Part shown: piece after piece, positions 48,584 through 58,200 of the stretch
Position numbering within the stretch: position 1 is the stretch's first letter
Layout of the letters: each line of letters begins with the position of its first letter
Assembly (NCBI GenBank): GCA_028716245.1
Contig: JAQUQW010000005.1
Span: 288-64,287 of the forward strand
Direction of reading: 5' to 3'
Length of the DNA: 64,000 bases
From: Candidatus Omnitrophota bacterium
Lineage (GTDB): Bacteria; Omnitrophota; Gorgyraeia; Gygaellales; Profunditerraquicolaceae
Position numbers and translations under genes: made by a program
Notes under the pieces: generated by a model
Seen by the model: only the letters and a program-made list of their open reading frames with translations
Database searches by the model: none
What the model was told of the DNA's origin: nothing

Positions 48584-49468
48584 ATGGAACTGGCGCTGAT
48601 TATTTTATTTTTGTTTACCAGTATCGGATTTGTGGCTTATTACGTTTCCAATCGAAAGCTGGTCGAAGAAGTGCATTTGCCTTCCGAGATTACCGGCGGA
48701 CCGGGGTCGGGGCTTAAGAAGGCATTTAATTTTAAAAATATTTTAAGCGGGCCAGCCAGTTTTATCGAGCGTTTGTTCGGCAAATCAAGCCTTTCTTTAC
48801 CTACGAGCGATTTGCATAAACGGTTAACTTCCTCAAATAAAATAATGAGCGTCAGCCAATTTATGGTATTCAAATTTTTAATGGCCGCGGCAGTGCCGTT
48901 GGCTGCCCTGATTATCGCTCAAGCAAAACCAGCGTTGCTGCTGCTTTGCGCCGGCATCGGTTTTATTTTACCGGATATCTGGCTGAATAAGCGGATCAAG
49001 AAAAGACGCGCCTTGATTGTAAAAGACCTGCCTTTGGTAATCGACCTTTTGAATATTTGCGTGGGGGCCGGTCTGGATTTTATGGTGGCGGTTAACCGGG
49101 TAATCCAGGAATTCAGGCCTTGCGCGCTTATTGAAGAAATGAAGATAATGACCAACGAAATCCAAATGGGCATTTCCCGGCGTGACGCGTTAAAGAATAT
49201 GTCCGCCCGCATTAATAACCCTGAGATCAGCTCGTTTGTGAGGACTCTTCTGCAGGCAGACAGGATCGGCACGCCGATAAGCGAGGCATTGAAGATGCAG
49301 TCAGAGGAGATCCGCCTGCGCTGGTTCCAAAAAGGCGAAGAAATGGCTTTGAAAGCCCCGATTAAGCTCTTATTCCCCCTGCTAATATTTATCCTTCCGG
49401 TGGTTCTAATCATTGTGGCCGGCCCTATTTTGATCCAGTTTACCAAGGGCGGGATGATGAAGTTTTAG
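48584..49468 (+). CDS. tadC: Flp pilus assembly inner-membrane protein TadC (T2SSF domain)
   Basis: Starts at MELALIILFLF; T2SSF-like (GAGLDFMVAVNRV...). Confidence 0.75.
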   Translation: MELALIILFLFTSIGFVAYYVSNRKLVEEVHLPSEITGGPGSGLKKAFNFKNILSGPASFIERLFGKSSLSLPTSDLHKRLTSSNKIMSVSQFMVFKFLMAAAVPLAALIIAQAKPALLLLCAGIGFILPDIWLNKRIKKRRALIVKDLPLVIDLLNICVGAGLDFMVAVNRVIQEFRPCALIEEMKIMTNEIQMGISRRDALKNMSARINNPEISSFVRTLLQADRIGTPISEALKMQSEEIRLRWFQKGEEMALKAPIKLLFPLLIFILPVVLIIVAGPILIQFTKGGMMKF

Positions 49469-49594
49469 AAATAGTAAATAGGGACAGCGACCATTATTTT
49501 GGATAAGACGGGGCCGGATCTAATAGATTCGGTCCTTTTATTTTAGTTAGATTTCATCTATTGCTGCGTCTATTGCGATAGAAAGGGGGCTTAA

Positions 49595-50107
49595 ATGAGC
49601 GCAAAAGATATTTCTGCAGAAGTAGTGGCAACAAAGATTCTGGTGGTACGTGGCAGGAAAGTGATGTTGGATAGGGATTTGGCGGAGTTGTATAGCGTAA
49701 AGACGCGGGATTTGAATAAAGCAGTCGAAAGGAACAGGGATCGTTTCCCGAATGACTTTATGTACCAACTTACAAGAGAAGAAGTTACAATCTTGAAGTT
49801 CCAATTTGGAACATCAAGTTGGGGTGGAACGAGAAAACCTCCGAATGTTTTTACTGAGCAGGGCGTCGCGATGCTTTCTGGTATATTGCATTCTAAACGT
49901 GCAGTGCAGGTTAACATCGCTATTATGCGGGCATTCGTTAAGCTGCGCGAGGTGTTACTAACGCATAAGGATTTAGCCCAGAAACTTGAGGAATTGGAAC
50001 AAAAATACCAATTGCATGAAACAGATATCCAGGTAATATTTGAGGCGATTAAAAAATTGCTTGAGCCACCGGATGAGCCTCCAAAGCCGCGGTTTGGGAT
50101 GAATTGA
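49595..50107 (+). CDS. ORF6N (KilA-N-like) domain protein
   Basis: ...VVRGRKVMLDRDLAELYSVKTRDLNKAVERNRDRFPNDFMYQLTREE... followed by a coiled-coil C-terminus. Confidence 0.65.
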   Translation: MSAKDISAEVVATKILVVRGRKVMLDRDLAELYSVKTRDLNKAVERNRDRFPNDFMYQLTREEVTILKFQFGTSSWGGTRKPPNVFTEQGVAMLSGILHSKRAVQVNIAIMRAFVKLREVLLTHKDLAQKLEELEQKYQLHETDIQVIFEAIKKLLEPPDEPPKPRFGMN

Positions 50108-50153
50108 GACCGCATTTATGATCTCAAAAATGGTTCGCTATCCCTAATTAACT

Positions 50154-50498
50154 CTATTTATCTGCTTTGGCGGCGCCAAAACCTTCTACTACCCTCTCTT
50201 TTACCCTGGGCGGCTTCATTAGTTGACGGATCGCTTCAAAAATATTCTGTATTGCTTCATCATGCTTTCCGATTCTTCGTTCCAGCACTCCTAATTTATG
50301 TATTAACTCCTTGTGCGCAGATAGAATCTGACGCAGTTTCACAAATGCCCGTATAATTAGAATATTAACTCCTATGGCTCTTTCGCTATTCAATACGCTT
50401 GATAGCATAGCTACACCATGTTCAGTAAAAGCATACGGTAGATATTTGATATGCTTGTCTCTTCTAGAAGCTGCGGGTTTTGCTTTGTTTAAGGTCAC
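50154..50498 (-). pseudogene. truncated ORF6N-domain paralog (C-terminal half only), convergent with the intact copy
   Basis: YAFTEHGVAMLSSVLNSERAIGVNILIIRAFVKLRQ aligns to NVFTEQGVAMLSGILHSKRAVQVNIAIMRAFVKLRE of the 49595 protein. Confidence 0.5.
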
Positions 50499-50516
50499 AA
50501 TCTGGGGTTGGGTTAA

Positions 50517-51515
50517 TTAATTTTGTTGATAATGTTTGCCGTTACAGGTTAGCTCCTTTCTTATCCGGATTAAAGCAGTGGTCCATAGCAAAAGCGACTT
50601 GGGATTGGAAGCGCAACGGTTGCGGCGCAATAAATCTCGGGTAATACAGCACATTGCTTCCACCGAATTTGTTGTAGTTGGTAAGTTTAATTCCGGATGC
50701 GCCTGATATGCCCTGTAATATCTGATAGATTGAAGGAACTCGCGTACCATAGCTTGAATGCGTTGAGTCCCACAATAACTCTGGGACAGCTGAATCAAAC
50801 GTGTTAGCAGAACATTTAGATGCGGTCTGCTTGAAGCTTCCAGGGCTTGGCGGATTAAATAATAGATTTCTTCGCGGACGCCTCCGCCTTTGAGCATCCG
50901 TCTTTCGCGGCCTCGTTGAATTTGGAGCTTCAAAATCAGATGGAAATGGCAAAGTTGGAGAATCCATCCTTCTCTCTTGGCTATACGTTTCATGCCTTGC
51001 AGATTGTCGACGACCAAGGCTTGAATTCGAGATCGTGGTTCTGGAGGGATAGCTGTAAAAGCCCGTCTCCATTTGTAAGCTCCTTCTTTACCCGGAAGAA
51101 GAATCGGATCCAGGAAAACAGCCGTTTTGCCCGAGCAAGACTTTAATGCGGTGAGATATAGGATCCAAGGTTTGCTGTGAAAATGGAACCAAAGGCCATC
51201 TGCTAAAAGGACACGCGGCCCGGAAGGCAATTTTTGAGGGGCTGGATGAGCAACAAAACGTTGCAGTAATTGTCGAAATCGATAGCGGAAAGCCAGTAAC
51301 TCTATTCCGGGACGCCGTTGAACTAAATGAATAAGCGTATACTTCTCCAGGAAAATCTGCTTCAAAACATTCAGAGGGATACGGATAATCGGCCGTCCAC
51401 GTTTCTTGAGACGAATCGACCATGTTCGTTTACAGGAAGAACATTGCCTACGCCGCTGACCAAAACGATAAACTTTTGCATTACAACAAGGGGATTTCGC
51501 ATGTTTTGTCTTCAT
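50517..51515 (-). CDS. putative DDE transposase with N-terminal zinc ribbon (IS1/IS1595-like)
   Basis: N-terminal CCNAKVYRFGQRRRQCSSCKRTW; candidate catalytic blocks LLADGLWFHF, LVVDNLQGM, NSVEAMCCITRDLLRRNR. Family assignment is tentative. Confidence 0.45.
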   Translation of the reverse strand: MKTKHAKSPCCNAKVYRFGQRRRQCSSCKRTWSIRLKKRGRPIIRIPLNVLKQIFLEKYTLIHLVQRRPGIELLAFRYRFRQLLQRFVAHPAPQKLPSGPRVLLADGLWFHFHSKPWILYLTALKSCSGKTAVFLDPILLPGKEGAYKWRRAFTAIPPEPRSRIQALVVDNLQGMKRIAKREGWILQLCHFHLILKLQIQRGRERRMLKGGGVREEIYYLIRQALEASSRPHLNVLLTRLIQLSQSYCGTQRIQAMVREFLQSIRYYRAYQAHPELNLPTTTNSVEAMCCITRDLLRRNRCASNPKSLLLWTTALIRIRKELTCNGKHYQQN

Positions 51516-51831
51516 GAATGCGAATTATCCCACAAGAAATTGATTTTCTATACGGAAAAAACACTTTAATGCGAAAATTTTTCAACAGAATTTCTTAATC
51601 CGAACCCAAAATGCGACTTCAAGTTAAAATACTCTTCTAAAGATCGCCAAAATAAAAATCCCCGACAAAACGTCAGGGCTGATTTATCATATTAGAAATA
51701 GTTAAGAATAACTATTATTTTACTACAGAAAAATGGTCGCTGTCCCTATTTATTATGTCCAGTCTGAATTTTAAAGATAAATTATTGTCCATTCTGACTT
51801 AATATTTGTCCAATCAGGTTAAGTTACTTTT

Positions 51832-51899
51832 GAAATAGGGGACGGTTATATTTTTCTTGAGCTCAGTATTAGAAAAATAGAACCGTCCCCTTTATTTTT
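51832..51899 (+). terminator. long imperfect hairpin (AAATAGGGGACGGTT...AACCGTCCCCTTTATTTTT) with T-run
   Basis: 10 bp perfect core GGGGACGGTT/AACCGTCCCC with extended imperfect pairing; a T-rich tail follows. Confidence 0.4.
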
Positions 51900-52015
51900 A
51901 TAGATCTTGCGGGGTTTTTGGGCCTCAGGTTGGCCAACCTGTTATCATCTTAAGCGAACCAAAGTTACTTCCTTTTCGCCAAAAGAAAACGTTACCAAAA
52001 TAGACGATTTTTTAC

Positions 52016-52044
52016 TTGACAGCGTCTATGCGGGGTGTTATATT
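52016..52044 (+). promoter_or_regulatory. sigma70-like promoter upstream of the giant ORF (TTGACA-17-TATATT)
   Basis: -35 at 52016-52021 and -10 at 52039-52044, ~165 nt before the ATG at 52211. Confidence 0.5.
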
Positions 52045-52210
52045 TGGGTGTAAGTTGAAATGCCTTTTTTATTTGAAAACTTAGTAAGAAATTTTAAAAA
52101 CATTTTAAAATCCGGTAATCTCTTATGAAAAGAAGCTTCATTAAAAAAATGAAAAGTCTTGGGGTAAGGGGAAATATTTATTTTTTATTTAATACTATAG
52201 AAAATAAAAG

Positions 52211-55200
52211 ATGAATATAAATCAGCAGCCGACAGAAGACAGTATTGAGCAACCCAAAAAAGAATTCAAGTCGAGTTTTAAGACTTGGATCCGCGCGGTT
52301 GCTTTTATTGTTATCGCGGTATTCCTGCCGGAGCAGGCGGCCCAGGCAATGGGCTATGATCCCACCACAATCTGGAACCATTCTTATTTTGTAAACCAGG
52401 GTAAAAATGGATTTTTAACTTATCTTGTCGCGGACAATATCAAGCGTTCTCTGGACTCCCTTTCATACAAACAATTAAATCAGGTTCAACTGGATAAAAA
52501 TTTAGTGGTTGAAACTGCGCCTCTTAAAGAATCAGAAACCAGTACGAAGGCCTCTGAGCCAAGCAAAGTGGACCAAAGCAATTTTTATGACAAAATCGGC
52601 AATGCCCTGCAAAGTGGCAGCGCGGAAATTATCCGCTTTGCAAGCAACGGCCTGAAGAAAACTTCCCTACCCGATCAATCCTCCCCTACCACAAGGCAAG
52701 GAACCGCCTCCAGCCAGAAACCGTCACTTTATTTGACCGGCTCAGTAGTAAAACAAATCAGCCTGTGGCTTAAGGATCCAAAGACACAGGTTGATAACAA
52801 CTGCGGTATAAACGCGCTGAATGCTTTATTTGTCCAATCAGGGATTAAACTTAGCCGCGAAGAATTGGCAACCCGGGCAATTATGGTTGATTTTCTCTCA
52901 GGCAATCTAAGGGAATTTAAGGGTGAACTTGCCCTGTCCCTGTTTGCCCTGCAAAAAACCGCTGTATCTTTTGGCCTCAAAACCGCTTTAGTCAAAATCC
53001 CCGCGGCATCATTGCAAGGGGGCCAAGCAATCTCTTCCCTAGTTCCCTTTATTACTTATCTCTTATCTGAACACTTCGTCTTAGTAACCCGCGTCACCAA
53101 TGATAAAATTTATTATAAAGAAGATAAAGAAGAAGCCAATATGCCCAAGGAGATTTTCCTTAAAGGCTTCACCGGCAATTGCTTGCTGCTTGATTCTAAG
53201 CTATTGCAAGGGAGCAAGGCAATTTCCTTACTTTCTGACAAAGAAGCATTGGAAATTAGCGGTAAGGAGAGTTTTTTCGACAGGTATAATTCATTGAAGT
53301 CGTCTATTAGCAACACAGCTAAATCCAGCATATCCAGCATATCCAGCATTAGTTCTACCGCCCAATCTTATGTTTCCAAAGCCAGCAGCACCTATACTGC
53401 CGCAAGCAATGTCTACAACACAGTTAAGTCTGTAACTGGCATTTCCATAAGCTCTATTGTGACAAGAAGCTCCATCCCCAGCAATCCTCTAAGCGCCATC
53501 AGTGTTCCTGTAACCACATATAACTATCTGGCTAGCCCCTCCACCAAAGGAAATTTAGGCAAAAGCTATGGCGCTGCAAATACCCTGCAAACCGATTTCG
53601 CTTTAACCGTACCCAAGCGTGCATATGATTTTACCGGCTGGGTAGATACTGTCAGCGGCCTTAATTCAAACCTGGGAACCAAGCTTTATCAGAGCTCCAG
53701 TCTAGTCAGATCCATCTCCGATGCTTATTCTGGGGCCAAAGGAAGAACCGAGTCCTCTTTAAAGCAAACCTACGGAATAGGGACTTATAATAATTTTATT
53801 AAACCCACAGAATATTTCGTTGCAGATACCGCAATTACTACGGCTGCTACTTTAGGTATCGGTTCAGCTGTTGGCCTTGCGGGAGGTACACTTAGCCGGG
53901 TTGGCTCTGTCAGCCGTATTGCCGAACCTATCATTTCTCGTTTGCCTCAACTTAGCCGTATCACAGAAATAGCCGGCCCAAAGGTAGGCCAGGGCCTTGA
54001 GTGGGTAGGGACAAAGGGTTGGAGCGCGGGAAAATGGATGATGAATCCTGCGACTGGAAGATGGGCGATAGCAAAAACAGCGATTAAATATTCAGGTTTA
54101 TCTTTTGTTCCCGCTACCCCTCAGTATTGGGCTACCAGCGCCGCATTCACAACCTATAATTATTTAAATAATTCTTCCACGGTGGGTAATGTACGTAAAA
54201 GTTTTACGGCCGACGCTAAAGTTCGCGAAGGAGTAGTTATTAGTGTAGCGGAGAATGTCGCGGGAATGCCTAATGGGATACTTGAGATAGGAACTTGGGC
54301 AACAGGCGGGTTAACAGGTTTTGACCAGAAAAAGTACTTGAATTTGAGGGCTCAATATTATGATAATACCGATTTAGTTAAATCCTTGAATAAATCATAC
54401 GGTGATTGGAAGCAAAAAGAAATAGCTGATCCTTTAATTGCAATATATGGGCAAAACAAATATAACACTGCGGTGAAGCCGCAAATTGAAGTTGGGGGAT
54501 TTGTGGGAAGCTTATTTGTTCCTATTGCCGGAGAGGAGAAAATATTAACAAAGGCCGGGTCTATAATAAAGGCAGGCAAAATAGCTGATGCAGTAATCGA
54601 TGTGAGCAAAGGAGTTAGAGGGATTAGGGGAATAGATGTTGCGGTTGATTTGAACAAAGGGATTAAAGCAACCAGGACAGTGTCTTATGCAGACGACACT
54701 TTGAGATTAACGCAGAAATCATATACGCCCATCAGAAATTGGGGACAAAGTCAGAGATTGGTTACGTCGATACACTCCTCAAGTTTAACTTCAAGAATTT
54801 TACCTCATTCGACACAAATCACTTTGGCTAATTCAAGGGCGCTTAACTTAATAACTAGATACGAACCGATTAATCTTATGAAGCAAAAAGTTTCAAGGCC
54901 GATATATAATTATCTGGAACGAAAAACTCTTAAACCAATATCTGATTCTTTAAAACCGTCTTATAAGTATGTAGCTAAGAACAATCCTGTTTCTTTAACT
55001 AAGCTGGGCGAATATAAATCTACAGCAGGGAAGTTAATAGGTGACCGTATTCCGCTAAGAATGAAAAATGTTTTTGCTGAAGAAAGCGCATCGGTATCGC
55101 TTGGTTCTTTAGATAAATCAGCAAGATTGTTGTATCAAGGTGGGAAAGGGCTATATCAAGGTGGAAAATGGTTTGGCAAGAATCTTATTACCGAATTTGT

Positions 55201-58200
55201 GCCTCGCCTGCTATTCTACGGGAGTGTATTCGGAACGCTTGATGCTGCATTTATCTATAAAGATAATCAATTTAATCAAGCAACAGGTGAGCTCTCAGGC
55301 AATAATCCTCTTCTTTTTTGGCTAAGAGCGACAGAATTGAATATGGGTTTTCAGATTCTAGGGGCGAAAAAGGCATTGTGGGATAAAGACTTATTCGCCG
55401 CAGAGAAGTATAAAGGATTAGCCGATAAAATGTCTAAAATTTCCATGGGCGGCCAGCTTGGAAATGGTGTTTATTTATTTGTTAATCCTCAGGATATTCA
55501 GGATCCTAATTTACGTAAAGCAGTAGAAATGATCCCCAGTCCTGTAAGGAGAGCCATTGCTATTCCTGTCCAGATGGTTGCTACCAGCGAAGGGTTTGCC
55601 AGTTTTCCTGCTATGACCACGTATTCAACCGCTTATTATACTCAAGCGGGTTATAATAAAGAAGGATATTGGGGATGGAATGGTGCATTATCAGGATTTT
55701 TCCGCGGCGCGGTTGTTATCCCCAGCGTGGCGATGTTTTCGTTTACCACTTCAGTGCTTGCTGCGGGTATAAATACATTTACTTTTGGAGATCGATATAA
55801 GAATGCGCAAATTAGCAATTGGGTTATTAATTCTTTGGGAAAACCAGTCGCGAGTTTTATCGCTCGCAGAGACGTGGATTTTAAAACTTACGCTCAGCCT
55901 GAATATATTGACATTGCGCATAGAGACGCGGCCGCCAGCCAGGATAAATATGAGGGAGCTGATTATTTTTTCGGCAATCTTTTTATGATGGGAGGTTTTA
56001 GGCAAGCAGTTGGTTTAAAGCGGCCCGAGGCAAAAGATGTTTCAGGCAGGCGTCATTTTGACACCCCGCTTATTGACGCTGGCCAAAGAGTTTCAGGCGC
56101 ACTGCTTACCCCGATGCATCTTACAACTGCTCCTATTTACGGAGGTTATAGTCATTATGCCGGAAAAGTAGCGGAAACAAGAATAGGAAAGTTTTTAGGT
56201 TTAGATGTTACGCAGAGCCGCGGTTTAAAGAATAGCATAGCGGCGCAATACAAAGAAGTTGGCCAGGGCATTTTAGGGATTAGCTCCTTTACTTTAGGCA
56301 ACCTGAATAAAATAGCAAAGTCGGAAGTAAATCTGGCACGGATATCCCTTCCTTTGGAGATAGCCCGGAAGATAAATGAACGGAGAGAAGAATTGAATGG
56401 GGTAACTCTAAAAATAGGTGAAGTGGAAGAGCAAATTCGTTTAAATGAACGTAATTTTCTTCGTAAGCCAGATTCCGAAAATTCACAAAAGAAGAGAGAG
56501 TTATCCACAAAGAGAGCGGAATTAACGGCTTATAAAATGAAGTTAAGTAACTTAGTTGAAGTTGAGGGAATAAAACAAAAGATAGTTTCGCTGGAAATCG
56601 CCGGGAGGTTTGGAACTAAAGATTATAATCAAGCTGTTGAGAAGTTTGTGAAAGCGGATTTAGGCGGCGGAGTTGAGGGTATTCTAAATAGGCAATTTAG
56701 GACGGATCTATTGAATAAATATAAGCGCGTTAAAACAGAAGGAGATGGTAACGGATTAAGCCGGGCTTGGAATAAAATAAGCACAAATTCAGAATACAAT
56801 CGGGCGGTGAAAACTTTGGATGCTATCAAGGATATAGACATCGGGAAAATAGATGAAGTTATTAAAGATACGCAAAATCAAATACAAAAATCAATTGAAG
56901 CGTTAGACAAAACCTCAAGACTTGCCTATCTGAAAGAAAACGGGCTAGGGAGCATTGCGGGATTGAATGATAATTCAAGGCGAGAATTGGCCAGAAAATT
57001 TTATGAAGATGGTGTTACTGCTGAAACGATTAAAGAAAAAGGTTTTTGGGAAAATTGGCAAGAATTCGGGCAGGGCTTAAGCGGGATCAGCCAAGAAAGA
57101 ATGAATGACGGGATGCGGGAATTATTTAAGCTGAGAGTACTTAAGTTTGACCAGGAAAAGATGGAAAAAGGTATTGATTCCGGGTTTAGAGTCGATTTCG
57201 AGGCAGGAAAAGAACTTAAAGCGGGCACAGCTGAGCGGAAGATTTTTGATACTCTGGAAAAAATGAATGCTAAAGGGTATAATTTTCAAAATTCAGTTGG
57301 TGATTTAATAAAAAACTGGGATTGGAAGAAAATTTCCGAAGATTCAGTAAGATTCGCGGAAAGTAAGGATGAGTTAGCCAACATATTGTCCACCCACTCG
57401 TCAATATTAAAGAATCCCGATGCAATGAATAATCCAGAATTTAGGGGGTTAGATAAATTACTTAAAGATTCCAGAGGGAAAACTGAACTGGGTATATTCT
57501 TAGCTTTAACTACTTTTAAACACTCCGGCGGCCGGGAAAGTCTTGGTTTATTTGCTTCTCCCAACGAATTAAAACGGGTATATGAGAAAGTATTGGAGAA
57601 AAATTTAGGAGGAGAAAAAATCAGTTTCGGAGAAGGGGTGGATGGAATCAAGGTTAAGCTTGGCGGAGTAGATTATACTTTTGTAAAAATTACCGAAGAA
57701 AGTATTAAATCTTCTTACTTAAGTAATAATTTAGACAAATTAAATGAGATTTTTAAAGATAAAATTATCCTTACCGATATCTCCACTTTACAGAATCTTA
57801 ATATGCAAAAAATCGTTCCTTCACAAGGGGAGGCGGAAAAGCAGTTGGCCAAGCGGCTGGCTGAAATTATTTATGACCGGGCAGTTATAATCGATGAAAT
57901 CCATCAGGTTTCTCAATCCCCTTACCATATAGTTGGTTTTGACGGCAAGACTCTTGCAGAGTTTTTAAAACCTGCCGAGTATGAAAAATATGTTGATGTT
58001 GCTGAAAAAATAGACAGAAAATTCCAAGAATTGGCTAACCTTGAAGAAGTTACAAATAATAAGGGTGAGCCAGTCACAACAGTCAAAGGCTATGGTAATT
58101 TAGGGGATAGATTAATTAAAATGGAATATGTTGATGAATATAAAGGTCTTACGACAGCAGGAGAGAATGAATTCAAGAGATTATTAGGCGATAAATTTGT

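Larger units (their letters stand above)
49476..51752. mobile_element. 2.3 kb insertion bounded by perfect inverted repeats (TAAATAGGGACAGCGACCATT... / ...AATGGTCGCTGTCCCTATTTA); cargo is ORF6N, a truncated ORF6N and an IS-like transposase
   Basis: Left IR at 49476-49496 and right IR at 51732-51752 are exact reverse complements. The same arms form a tight palindrome at 21351-21419. No target-site duplication is evident. Confidence 0.6.

Noticed and set aside
49595-51515. A prophage remnant, suggested by the ORF6N/KilA-N genes
   Set aside because: No other phage-type genes (integrase, capsid, terminase) are present. The cargo is better explained as an IS-like element with passenger genes.
53323-53349. 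(ATCCAGCAT)x3 tandem repeat, considered as a possible CRISPR or VNTR
   Set aside because: It is only three in-frame 9 bp units encoding SSISSISSI inside the giant ORF. There are no spacers and no array structure. It is noted only as a low-complexity Ser tract.
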